In this document: piece by piece, positions 37,905 to 50,350 of the stretch | How the letters are laid out: every line of letters begins with the position of its first letter | Numbering within the stretch: position 1 is the stretch's first letter | DNA from: Felis catus | Lineage: Eukaryota | Length of the DNA stretch: 64,000 bases | Assembly (NCBI RefSeq): GCF_018350175.1 | Contig: NC_058368.1 | Location: 33,048,001 to 33,112,000 of the forward strand | Direction of reading: 5' to 3' | Notes under the pieces: model-generated | Databases searched by the model: none | What the model was told of the DNA's origin: nothing | The model's input: only the letters and a program-made list of their open reading frames with translations | Made by a program: the position numbers and the translations under genes

Positions 37905-38349
37905 GGAGCTTCAGACAATGCAATTTTATTATCTTACAGGTCTAGAGACCAGAAATCTGAAATGGGGTTCAATGGGCAATAAGATACTGGCAGGGCTATG
38001 CTCCTTCTGGACATTCTAAGGGAAAATCTATTTTCTTTTTCCAGCTTCTAGAAGTTGCCCACATCCATTGATTTGTGGCCCTTTCTGTCATCAACACCAT
38101 CTGTATCACTCTGTACACACAAGTTTGAATCCCTCTGACACTAACTCTCCTTCTTCCCTCTCTCACTTGAGAGAATCCTTGTGATTACATTAGGCCTATC
38201 TGGATAACCCATATTATCCCCACCAAAATTTGTAATCTAATCATATCTGCAGCTGCTTTCCTCATGTCATGTAACATATTCACGGGTTCCAAGGACTAAA
38301 ATGTGGACATTTGATGGTGGGGACGGGTGTAATTATTTTATGTATTGCA
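37905..38349 (-). mobile_element. MaLR LTR (MLT1C/D-like)
   Basis: tttattatcttacaggtctagagaccagaaatctgaaatggg...ccttgtgattacattaggcctatctggataacc...gtaacatattcacgggttcca. Confidence 0.85.
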
Positions 38350-39205
38350 GGAGCCCTTGAACAGCTAGAATATAGTTTAAGAAAAAGAACAGTAAAAATC
38401 CTAAGACTCTTCCCAATTAAACATCTGACATCCCTAGACCATATTTTCAATGTTTACATTATCATTTCCTTGATTTTTGTTTACAATTTACTACATGTGT
38501 ATATACCTGTAAATATCACTTAATTTTGAATATTATAAAATAGCGTTGATACACATATGTAATATGTTAAAACTTACTATATTTGTTTATGTAATATCTA
38601 AAATAGTTTGATCGTTTTTGATGTTTTCCCTTTTCTTAATGAAACCGGTACAGTTTTCTGAAACTATTTTAATGTACATACAAAAGTATTTCTGTTTTGA
38701 AATGTCATAGAAGCAGATTGTTCTCAGTTGAGAAAAGATATCTTTTAATTCTTCTAAGATTTCAAATCAAGCTTTTTCCTACGTGTCTATACCACACACA
38801 AGTTTATTTCCAAATCTGTGTATTTATATGGACAAAATGGGAAAGTGAAACAGTAGTTCTGGTGAAGAGGTTAAAATGTAAGACTAAATATTTTATGCAT
38901 TATGCAGGTATTAAATATTATACAAAATGGAAGAATATCATCAAAGTAGCATTTTAGAGTAGTTCATATTGTCTGTGAGATGGGTATACACATATACAAC
39001 CTCTTTGTCCTGTAAAAAAAAAAATGGAGAATGGAGAGTACTTAGGCTGACTTTGCTAGACCTTTATCAAAAATTAGTTTGTAAGAATTGATCATAATAG
39101 AATGGAAACTATTCACATGGCCTCTTTTCTTCAGAATATGAATCACTTTGAAATAAAATATTGAAAACTTGCTAATTTTAACAAAAATTTATACAGAATT
39201 ATTTT

Positions 39206-39275
39206 AATTTTTTTACTTTAACTCCAGTACAGTTAACTTATTATTACTGTGATATTAGTTAGGATTTGACACTCT
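39206..39275 (-). mobile_element. Very short 5'-truncated L1 3' terminus
   Basis: ttttttactttaactccagtacagttaac...gatattagtt flanked by TSD cagaattatttt (39194-39205, 39276-39287). Confidence 0.65.
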
Positions 39276-41004
39276 CAGAATTATTTTTATTAAGCCCGTC
39301 ATTATTAAACAGAGCCAGCTTACTAGAAAACTTGTAAAATATTTCCCGTTATTCATAATAGATAAGAAATGGGAGTGTTTCTTCTGTTGTCTAGTCTGCA
39401 TTTCAATGTTTTCAAGGTTTCACATCCTCCAGAATTTCCAAAATGCATGTTTGATTTCAAAATACTCTCTAACATTAGACAGTAGTGTTTGAAACATAGC
39501 CTTATTTTTTTCTTTTTTACGATACTGGAGTATGTTGCATATTGTTTAAATTAAAGTGACATGGCAAAGATTAATTATTGGGGAATTATCTCCTAACAGG
39601 GATCTTGTACAGATTGCTTTTGTTCTTTCATAGCCTATTTTTATTCTGAGAGTAGAAGTTACCACTCTGATGCGGCAGGGCGAGCAGCTCCCTTTGGTCA
39701 ATTATCAGACATCTGCTTTTTAATTACGTACCACATAAATTGTTAACAGTGAAATCTAAGAAACTTATTCATGGTCTGGTTTAATAATGTGTGCGGAGAA
39801 GATCTCAGTGATTTTAAAAAGCATAGAAAGGATCATATTTCTTGCAAATAGATACTCTTGAAATAGCGTTGCCTAAATATGCAAATAATAGATACCTCAC
39901 TGACAAATATTGAACACAAATTAATGATCAATTCAATCATATCATGCTATTTCTCATTGTAAGTAAAATTTTAAGATGCTCTTTAATTATCTAATTATCT
40001 AATAGAATATATGCATATTTTTACTATATCATTTTACTTAAATGGTATATATCATGATTACGCACATTGCTTCCTTTAATTTTAACACAGTGACACCACA
40101 GATCCATGGTAAAATAAAGTAAAACCTATGGTATATTTTCCAAAATTACATACAGTTGAATAACTGAATGGAAATGCTTGAAGAGATACTGCCTTATTTT
40201 GTTTCTTAAGCAGTGTTTAAGGTTTATTACTCTCGCTATCATTATTGTTCCTCTTGTTTCCCTTAATATCTTCTTTGAAATCATCGCTATATATCACTTA
40301 CGTCACCTTGCAAAGAGACAGAAAATTTGTAAGTAGGCATATCGAACACTGGTAATATATGTCTCTGGTCACAGTCTGGAGTCTTTAGGCCTCTTGAGTA
40401 AACTAACTTTTAATGAGGGAGCAGGATGATTTCCGTATAAATCCATGATCTCTCCCAAGATTTCTCATGTCTTTCTACACTCACTAAAATTTAGATATTC
40501 AAATAACAGCCTTTCTGTTTCACAGGAATTCATAAAAATATCATAAGGTGAAATAATCAGCCTCTTCCCTCTCGCCTACAGAAGAAAATTTAAATGCCCT
40601 TTACTGGATAAGATCTTCTCTCTGAACTGATTCCATCATCCATATTCATGTTGTCATACTTTTATTTATTTTAGTCCACCATTGTTCCTCATCCTTCCTT
40701 CATAAACTAGAAATCTGAACCTATCCTATGGTTTAGCTTCACCATATTATTTTAATTCTCGGGTTACACCATAGACTCTCACTCCATCATGATCTTGTTT
40801 ACATTGTTCAAAAATTATACACATTCTTTCCCTTCTCACTATCCCTGCTTTACAACTTATTCTTTAAATCCCAGCTTATTTCACCCTTTATTGAAAATGT
40901 TTGTCCAAGTAAATGAAGATTTCATGGCTTCCTTCTTTATTCTTCAACACTTGTAATTTTATATACCTTATTTGAATGAATTACTCATAATTTATAATAA
41001 TTAT

Positions 41005-41130
41005 TTCTACTTGCTGGCCAGAAATAGTCACATGGTCTTGCCTAATCATGAAGGGAATAAGAAGTGTATTCTTTCACTTTTCCCGGAAGTGAGGGAGGGA
41101 TAACCACATAATGGTAAATTCTCTACTATA
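41005..41130 (-). mobile_element. MLT1-type LTR fragment
   Basis: ctggccagaaatagtcacatggtcttgcctaatcatgaaggga. Confidence 0.55.
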
Positions 41131-41183
41131 GTGTAGTATCATATACTGGATTGAAACAAATCAGCACATTTAATGGGTTGGGA

Positions 41184-41449
41184 TTTTTTTTAAGTTTATT
41201 TATTTTTGAGAGAGAGAGAAAAAAATGCAAATGGGGTGAACTGAGAGAGAGAGGGAGAGAGAGAATCCCAAGCAGCCTCTGAATCATCTGCATGGAGCCC
41301 AACATGGGGCACCATGTGGGCCTCCAATGGGACTCAATCTCGGGGTCATGAGACTGAGCCTTTCTTGGGCTTAAGAATCTCTCTCTCTCTCCCTCTTCCT
41401 CTGCCCCTTCTACATTCACACTTTCTCTCTCTCTCTCTCTCTCAAAAAA
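41184..41449. mobile_element. Fusion of two inverted Can-SINE 3' halves with both heads missing
   Basis: Antisense tail and body 41184-41341 joined at atctc to a sense body, CT tract and tail 41337-41449. Confidence 0.8.
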
Positions 41450-42211
41450 TTATTTAGTGATGATAGTATTGATATTTCTGGAAATCTCAAGGGCATAGAA
41501 TTAGGTCAAATGGATGGACCACAGCCCTATTTACTCAGTTGCCAGTACAATCCAGCAAACATGCAAATGCAATTTTCGGTAACTGCTGCTGAATATAGCA
41601 GTTTACACATTTGTGTTACAACTTTTATAAGTGTATTTTCTTCCATGGGCAAATTCTGTTTCAATAGAAACAGACCCATTTTTACTTATTCAGTGTGTAT
41701 TTCTATAGAGAAACTAAAAGTAGACAGTGTTTTCTTGTTCTTTGGGAGAATCAATGAAGAAAAGAATTTCTAATTAGTGTATGTATTACTGGGCTTTTTT
41801 TCCCAAATAAGTATTCTTAGATGAATTAAATTGACCTTAAATTACATATTACCAGCTAAGCTCTTACCCTAAATATATATAACCTCTTTTAAATTTCAGT
41901 AAAATTTTTAGGCAAGGCCATACGTGTAAGTGCTCTCTTACATTAACAAACTTTCTTAAGCTGTAAGGTAACAGTCTGTTCTCAATATCAGCGTGTCTGT
42001 GTCAGCACAGATAATAAGTACACACCGCTCGCTTCTCTTTTCTATCCCATCTCTGTGCTAAATCTCTCCTCCCACTTACACTGTGTGCTGTCTATATCCA
42101 CGTTTACAGATATACACCTTCTGTTTGCTGTCCACAAACTGTCCCAGAATAAGATGAATATATTCCTTCTCTCTTTTACTTACAAACCCCACGCCAGTCC
42201 CAAACCAAAAG

Positions 42212-42286
42212 ATGAAAACATTTAAAAAGAAGTGTTTGTTAAAAATTAAGCTTCAAGAAATGGCATCATTTGTGAAGGCTCACATA
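42212..42286 (+). CDS. Candidate alternative first coding exon, MKTFKKKCLLKIKLQEMASFVKAHI, phase 0; host gene unknown
   Basis: ATG at 42212 with A at -3; in-frame ATG at 42260 (gaaATGg); 25 open codons ending exactly at the donor GTAAGT (42287-42292); unique CpG-retaining sequence upstream. Confidence 0.3.
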
Positions 42287-42789
42287 GTAAGTTATGTTGC
42301 CTCTCCATTTACATTTCTGAAAAATGAGCTCTATTTTACGTGATGATACTTCTTAAGCTTAGGTATAAATCATTCCCAAATATCATCTTTGATTATACTG
42401 CTAGATTGCAACAAGATGTAATTTTAATCGAGAATGTTTTAATGAATTTAATGTGATTTTATGTTTTTCAGAATATTTTGGCTTCCATAATGTTTTGATT
42501 TTTCAAAATTACCATCAAACAAAATAATCATCATATAGGTTGCATTACATAGGAGGAAATTGGCATACAGAAAAATAAATAAATTACTCAAAATTAATCT
42601 GCCACCTGTAATTCATGACTGCTAATCTCCCATCAGCATTTATGCCACTGGAAAAAACTGGCTTCTCTTCAGTTGCACCACTATTTTAAATAAAGAAGTG
42701 GTTTTATTGCCAAGAGAAAAGAAGTTGAATCCGTTGAAGGGGTTTTAATTCTTGCCTATGTGCCCAGCGATGTAAAAGGACTATTAAAT

Positions 42790-42962
42790 ACTTTGTTTTG
42801 ATCTGAGAAATTACTCACATATTATGCTGTTTTACACATTTTATAAATTAGGAAACTGATGCTTAAGAAAAAATAACAGTTCCGTGGTACACACAAAATT
42901 ATGATTCTGGAATTTCAACTCCAAGTCATCTGAGTCCCACGTAGTGCTACTTTTTAGCACTG
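42790..42962 (-). mobile_element. MIR
   Basis: cattttataaattaggaaactgatgcttaag...ggaatttcaactccaagtcatctgagtccc. Confidence 0.7.
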
Positions 42963-43179
42963 CAGTAATTGTAGATCAGGAAAAACTACATTGTATTGCA
43001 TAAGGATAAGAGGAAATCCCTTTAAGCACACATATACTGAATATTTAGTTGTCCGTTTTTATATAACATAGTTAGTAATTTTCAAACTGACTCGGCCTGA
43101 TGGCAGTTTTCTCCTTCCCGATACTGCTGTTTTAATCTCATCATTCTACTTTAAGTGTATTACTTATTCGTAATAGTGC

Positions 43180-43600
43180 TTTTTTTTTTCTATTTTTATG
43201 GAGATATAACTGATGCTTTATTGAGATATAATGTAGCACTGTATAAGTTAAAGGTATACATTGTGATAATTTGATATTGGTATAAATTGCACAATGTTTA
43301 CCACAGTAAGGTTACATAGCAGTCCTTCTTCTCACGTAATTACCATTTCATGGTTTTTGTTGTTGCTGTGGTAAGAACATTTAAGACCTACTGTCACAGC
43401 TGCTTTCAAAAGTGTAGTACGGTTTTGTTGACTAGGTTGTACATGTTGAGCATGAGACCCCCCAGAACTTACCATATAACTGGAAGTCTGTTTGACCAAT
43501 ATTTCTCCATTTTCCCCATTCCCAGTCCCTGTTATCCATCAATCTACTTTCTTACTAGGAATTTGATGTTTGTGAAAATGACTTTAGATATAATACCATA
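43180..43600 (-). mobile_element. L1MA9-like 3' end
   Basis: tttattgagatataat...gtggtaagaacatttaagacctact...ccagaacttaccatataactggaagt. Confidence 0.85.
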
Positions 43601-44054
43601 AAATGGGCTCAGAATACAGTGACAAACCCCATATACTGAAAAACTTGTTCAATACAAACCTTTATCAAGAATGGGGAACTGTGGGCTTGCATTTTCCATT
43701 TTCAGAATATATTTGGTTGCTAAGTTCTACCAGATGAAAACAGATTATATTGTGTACCTGGCTATTCTTTCATTGCTTTACACATCAGAATTATTTGTGA
43801 AGGGACTATCAAGGAGAAGTATCCAATAGACAACACTGTGACTTCAGTCTCTGACAGTCCATTTTCTTTAGCCTTCCTAAAGTTCGATATACTCTGGTGA
43901 TGTAGTAGCAGAAGGAAAATGTCTTTCAGTATTTGTTTGTTAGGGAATTCAGCCATATGTTTGGAGAGCATATATCATCTTCAGAAAAACCATATGAGAC
44001 AACATGTAGATGTTATATTAGGTCAGCTGCAGTCACTGTTTATCTTTAATTTAC

Positions 44055-44467
44055 CTTCTTCCATTGGTGGATTTTCAAACATTTGTCTTCTACAAACAAT
44101 ACTGTAACAACCCATCGCATGTGTCTCGTACACGTTTCTGTAATGTACGTATGTAAAAGAAGTATCACTGTGTATATGTCTGTATATAGAATTTTGTTCT
44201 GTAATCTATAATTTTCTGGAAATATATTGAAATAACGCAATACAAAGGGAAGTGACATAAATGAGTTCTGGAGTGATGGAGCCCAATCGATTTTTGCTGA
44301 GAGGCTATTCATGTGTTTAAGTAGCAGTGTTTGTCATATTGCCTCTTCATTACATATGACCCGTATACAGTTGACAGCTTCTCATTCATTGCTGTCTCCA
44401 GTTCAGTGACAGATATTTGCCGTCAATGGTGAAAGAAACTTTTGCTTGACCATCAATCTTCAGAGTC
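44055..44467 (-). other. Candidate exon of a minus-strand, probably non-coding transcript
   Basis: Branch point TACTGAC (44500-44494), pyrimidine tract ctatctcatcatttccctatctgtAG, donor AAG|GTAAAT at 44055/44054. Confidence 0.3.
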
Positions 44468-44578
44468 CTACAGATAGGGAAATGATGAGATAGGTCAGTA
44501 AATAAATGGTGCAAGATAACAAATGACAATATAGGAATTGGGCTTTGTTACTTGTAAAATTACTTGACTAAAGAAATC

Positions 44579-44987
44579 TGCGTTAGACTAAATATGGCCA
44601 CAAAATGTTTAGTGCTACCCCCGTTAAGAAGGGAAGCCTATTTCCCTGTATACTCACCTGACCTTACAACTTGCTAGGTGGCAATAATGGTCATGTGATG
44701 AGGCTTCTGAGTCTCCTTCCCAGGAGACCTTAAAGCGTCTGCGCTCTTGTTCTTGGATGCTGGGACTTCCAGGTGATGGAGGAGATTGGGTTGAAAGATT
44801 ATATGGAGAAGTCAGCCAGTCCAGCCCAGCCCAGCCACCAGAGAATCTCAGATGCACCAGAAAGCTCAGGTGAGACCAGCAGAAGAACTATTCACAACCC
44901 ACAGAACTAGAAGAAATAAGAAATCATTCTTATTTTAAGCCACTAAATTTTGGGGTAGTTTGCCACACAGTCATAGATAACTCAGAT
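44579..44987 (+). mobile_element. MaLR LTR (MLT1H-like)
   Basis: tagactaaatatggccacaaa start; tattttaagccactaaattttggggtagtttgccacacagtcatagataact end. Confidence 0.85.
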
Positions 44988-45195
44988 TCTTCCTCTTGGT
45001 ATTATAGAAAATAAAGACAATGTTTATCTGATAATTCTGTATATACTTCCCCAGTCTCTTAACTAACAATTAAGTCTCTATCTGGGTTTTTGTCTCCATA
45101 ATCCAGCCTTCCTTCCATAGCCTCCTTCCCACAAGTAATTAATGGCGAGTTCTCAAAGAATTTTATAACTTGTATTCATAGTAAGTATTAGTGGC

Positions 45196-45417
45196 TTTTT
45201 TTAATGTTGACTATTTTTTAAAATGTTTACTATTTTGAGAGAGAGAGAGAGAGAGAGACCGAGAGACAGAGAGCGCACGCAGGGGAGGGGGAGAGAATAC
45301 CAGAAGCAGGTTCTGGGCTGACGGTCTGACACAGGCCTGGATCTCACAAACCGTGAAATCATGATCAGAACTGAAGTCAAGAGTCAGACGCTTAACCAAG
45401 TGCCACCCAGGCACCCC
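45196..45417 (-). mobile_element. Can-SINE
   Basis: Head gtgccacccaggcacccc; degenerate TSD tatta(g/a)tggc. Confidence 0.92.
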
Positions 45418-47217
45418 AATATTAATGGCCATTATTATATACATAATATTTATGAAAAACAGCGATGTTATCCATTTTTCCTTTTAAACCATAAATTAGA
45501 AATCTTATTTTGAAAAATTATTAATTTGTATTACTCAATATATGTTCAGATTAAATAATCCAAATGTCTTATTTTATTTGCTTTTAAAATCAGAGTTTAG
45601 TTCAATTTTGGAAAATTAAACCACATGCATCTGTCATGTTGAAGCATTGTTGTCACTACAAACAATCCCTGCCTTTGTCCTGCTAGCCTTGGATATGATT
45701 TACCCTGTGTGATGCTTTTCTAACAGAGATCAAAATACCAATGGGACTACTACATATTTAAGTCCCTTTGATATAGCCACTCTGTTAAATTTGGTATATT
45801 CAGCAAATGGCATCCACAGCAGCTGACATTTAAGCACACTGTCATATGCATAAGTGAACAGGACCCTCCTGGGTTGATGATAGCAGAAGTTGCACTTGTG
45901 GCTCAGTTTTGGAAATCAGAATTATAAAGTAATTATAACCCAGCTCAGGCATTTTCACACAGTCCCTTCAGACCAGATCTCAGTCTATTCAAGAGGCACT
46001 ATACCAAAGGTCTACGCTTCTATGCTAATGAGACGGGATGAATGTTCCTTTTTTTTTTTGACCCAATGAGTAAAAATCCATTGCTCCCTGGGAAGATTGG
46101 TTATTACAAGTTTCTTGTTTTTGTAATTCATCCAAGTGGTTTAAAGTCTTGTGGCAGGAAGATAGCTCTGTGCCTTGAAACAAGAGCATCCCCACCTGGG
46201 AGTCTCAGGCTAAACAAAAGTCCAGATGAGGCACAGTGATTGGTAGCCATAGAATTGGAAATGTCACCTAAGCCTGTCACTGGCCACTGCTTAAGTGAGG
46301 CTTCAGGAAATGGAGTTCATCACGATTATAATGATTATAAGAATAACTGCATTTGAATTACTCTTTCCCATTTAATAGGGAAATTAAGATTTAAATGCCT
46401 CATGAAATGTTACATTGCTTAAAAAGGCAGAATTATAAAATTTATTTCAAGTGCCCTGACTCCAAAACGATTCTGTTTGCCACCATATTTTGATTCCTTT
46501 GACACAATTTCCTTAAGTCGGCCATATTTATCTGAGCTGTTTGGGGGGAAAAGATTTATTGTAATCGTATTTGTGGTTCAAAAATCCTATAGATGTATAT
46601 TTATAGACAATCTTACATTAGTCTTAAAATACTGGGAAATTCAAATTCTTAAATTATCTATCGTCTTATACATATATGCCCTATATACAAACATCCTGTG
46701 TGTGAGGTGCCCCTTCAATATTCAGTAACCATCCCTTTAGATTTTAGAAACGTGGGACAAATTTTTATTCTGCACATTTAGTTAATAGCTGCACAAAGTA
46801 AATCACTCTGACAGACAGAACCCTGGGGCAAGGGGAGTGGAAAAGTTTCTCCTTGCTTGTAAACCTCCGTTGTAGTCCCCAGAGAAGACTAGAAAATAGG
46901 ACCCAGCATTTCAAGTACTTATAATTCCTTGAATCAAAGTAGATACATAATCCTTATTATTATAATTCAATGCTCATGGGCTCTTAATGAAACATTTAAT
47001 TGAAAATAGATTTTAAATTAGATGTGAAGTTTACCAACTTGTTAAAAGTGGTTTAACATTTAATAACTTCAGAAGTATTTTTCTGTAAAACTTTAAATTT
47101 ATTTGTTGCCAAATGCATGACTCATCCTGGTCATAATTCAATTGTGTAGAGTCTGAAGTACACATTTCTTTGCTAAATTCTCCTTCCTATGTAGGGAGCT
47201 ATTTGAAAAGAACACTG

Positions 47218-47247
47218 AGTTACCTCAGAATAAGTTACCTCAGAATA
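47218..47247. repeat. Perfect 15-bp tandem duplication
   Basis: agttacctcagaata twice. Confidence 0.95.
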
Positions 47248-48149
47248 AAAAGACATTTAGACCTATTTCATAGATACTAGGTACAAAGTTTAAGTACATT
47301 TTGATACTCAGTGTAGGATTTAATTTAATGACACTGACCCTGACATTTAATATAGAAGAGACTGTTGTGTGTTGCATTGATAGTTCAAAAAATCCTCTTG
47401 GGGAAAAATTATTTTGAGAATAATATTCTTCTTATAGACAGTCCAATTTAGCTTGCCACATTACCTCCTCAGTTGCTTGGCCAGAATGGGAAGGATGTCG
47501 GTCCCTAGAAGTAGAGTCCCAAGATCCTTACCTAAGAGTTCATCTCCTCATTCCCTCTGCCAGTATGATTCTTAGCATTAGGAGGGCATTTAAGGAATTC
47601 ACACGTTCCTATTTGTAGAGCCAAACTTAAGCTCGTTACCTTCTGTTTTAACCCTGAACCATACTCAGTGCACTGTGACAGTGGAACTTCTGGTTAGCTC
47701 CTAACAGAATTTTTTTTTCCTCTTTTAAAGTCCATAACCTGTCAACCTGCCTAGTAATCCATTCACTTTTATAGTATGTCTTGGTTTGTTATTCCTATTT
47801 TCAACCAGGAATTGGAGTTCTATCCTTCTCCCAATTCTCATAGAATTGTTCAGTAGGTATTCTGAAGCCTAATCACTGAAAATATTCTGTTAAATTCTTT
47901 TCTAGTCCCATATTTTTCTACTATATGCTGATAATTTCTATAAATATAGATAACTCCTAAAAATATAAATATGTATGCCCAATAGGTTGTAGTAAGCTGC
48001 CTTATACTTTCATAAACTGTTTATCTCATTTATTACCCAGTATTATATATATGTACATATATATTCATATAGAATGATAGTACATATATACACACATGTA
48101 TATGTATATTACTGTATGTAACGCATCCAGTGCATGTGTTTATAGCAGT

Positions 48150-48365
48150 AAGTAACAATAATTTGACTAGTTTTACTCTGTCATGCAACATCCTGAGCAG
48201 TTTCCATGTGTCAATTCAGACAGCAAGTATTATTTCACACATTCATGCATTTTATGTACGAAGAAACTAAAGCGCAAAAGCACATGGCATTTAAATCACC
48301 TTCTTAATTTCGTGTAGCTAGTAAATGACAAAATAGGAACCGAAACCATATAAACCGGACTTTCC
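48150..48365 (-). mobile_element. MIR
   Basis: cattttatgtacgaagaaactaaagcgcaaa...gctagtaaatgacaaaataggaaccgaaacca. Confidence 0.65.
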
Positions 48366-49652
48366 AAAGGAAAGATTTTATGACATATACATACATTCTA
48401 AGAAAAACTTAGAATCCTTAAAACCATATGTGGCTTGGAAGATGGCGCTCTACGGGCTTATCCGAGGAGGTAAGATTTGCCTTTGTTAGCAAGTTTCCCT
48501 GACAGTGCCTCAAGGGAATGCACGTGCTCTTTCTCATCACACCACATTTTCCTGCAGTCAGGCCTTAGCCAGCATGTTGGAAGAGAAGATTGCTATAGGC
48601 AGCACTGAGGATTGCCTCTAGCCTAGCCATCAGGCTTCTTGGAAATGGGAATGCATTAAAACAATTCACATATCTACTTTCCAGGGAAGGCTTTGGACTG
48701 GGTGATGATTCAGGAGAGTTTGCTGCTTCACTCCCAGGGTCCACTGAGACTTGATCGGTCTCCATGGCATAAAACAGTATGATATTAAGAACAGACCATA
48801 ATTGTGGCTTCAGAAATAGTCTTTCTCTAGTATGATTCTATTTTAAAAATGACCTAAGCGAAGTTTATTTTAAAATTTGTAGTTCTACATGTTTGTATGA
48901 TTACTTTTGAGGATCCTCATATACTACCATAATTTCTAGAACATCAGCCCCAGACTCCTCGCAATATCTTATTGTCAACTTTCAATACATCTTTCACTTT
49001 GAGAAGTAGTTACTTTTCTTTTTTTTTCCACGGGCGAGACAAAAGAAGAGGTTTTTAATTCTGAGACAACTGTGCTATTCTTTTTTTTTCATGTTTTCTG
49101 GGGTGAAATGCTGAATAACTATTAACTAATAGTGAATACTGGTAACTATTCAGTGTCATTCCACTGAAAGTAAAACTCCTGCATACTGTGTGGACATGCT
49201 CCTACTGGGTATTCTCAGAAAATTTGATTTTATGGTTCTTATTTTCATGCAAATTAACTTTGTAAATGTGTCTAAAACTTCTGAAGCAGTTGTGACAAAT
49301 CCTAATGTATATGTGCCTATAAATACTATATATTTAGGATATCATGGTCTAATTATCAGTTACTTCTGAATTTCTCAAAATCCTGTATTAAATATTTGTT
49401 GAAATAGTATATAGCATTTCAGGCAGCAAATGCTGCCAATGAGCCAACACCCAGAATGGTTTGAATTTTTTTTCTCCAAATAACTCCAAGATAGTTTACT
49501 TTTTCATGATGCAATGTAATGCAAATCTGAACTCTCAGTGTTATCTAATAAAAGATTAACATTATGAGAAGCACAAGGAATAATAGTTTGATTAGTCAGA
49601 AAGATTCTAACATTTGGAATGAATATCTACCCACACATAACCACACACTCAA

Positions 49653-49668
49653 ACACACACACACGCGT

Positions 49669-49700
<32 letters not shown>
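49653..49700. repeat. Interrupted (CA)n microsatellite
   Basis: Read directly from the sequence. Confidence 0.95.
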
Positions 49701-49703
<3 letters not shown>

Positions 49704-49739
49704 AAGGGGTCAGGATAGCCCACAAGAAAGGTATAAACA

Positions 49740-50350
49740 CCATTGGACCAACAGGCGATAATGTGATATAAGGAGAGTTGTACATGAGGGGCAATAAAAA
49801 ATGTTATGAAGTATATATAAGATTTCATTTTATAACCAATAAAAGGTTAAGGAAAGGAGGTTTCTTACTGAAAAGTTGAACAGCATAGAAAGGCAGTTTT
49901 TATTGGGGAAATAGAATATGTGTGGGTAAAGGTGAAAAGAGGGTGAATTCTCAGGAGTTGATCTAAGGGAGGTATTAAGGGCCAATGATTATACTTTATC
50001 CTGGTGCCAGGTAAATGCCTGGTCAGAATTGATCAAAGAGTCAACATAATCCATCAGTCACATTTACATTTTAAGAGAATACAGTAGCACATATATGAAG
50101 GGTTGAGTAAGGTCAAGTAGGAAAACAGGAAGAAGAAATTATAGTAGGAAATTCCATTAAAATTACTGTCATAATTTTTATAAGTAATGGCAACTAATAT
50201 AAGAAATATTTAGTAGTTCATATCAGTGGATATTAAAGTTATGTTTAATATGTGTATGCATACCTTTGCATGGAAAAGTTTGGTGGGGCCAATGAAGGTT
50301 TGAGTCCTGGCACTCAAAGGTTAGAGGAACATAAGCCTGAAATAGGTAAT
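49740..50350 (-). mobile_element. Degenerate L2
   Basis: ttaaggaaaggaggtttcttactgaaaagttgaa...ttatactttatcctggtg...atttacattttaagagaat. Confidence 0.5.
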
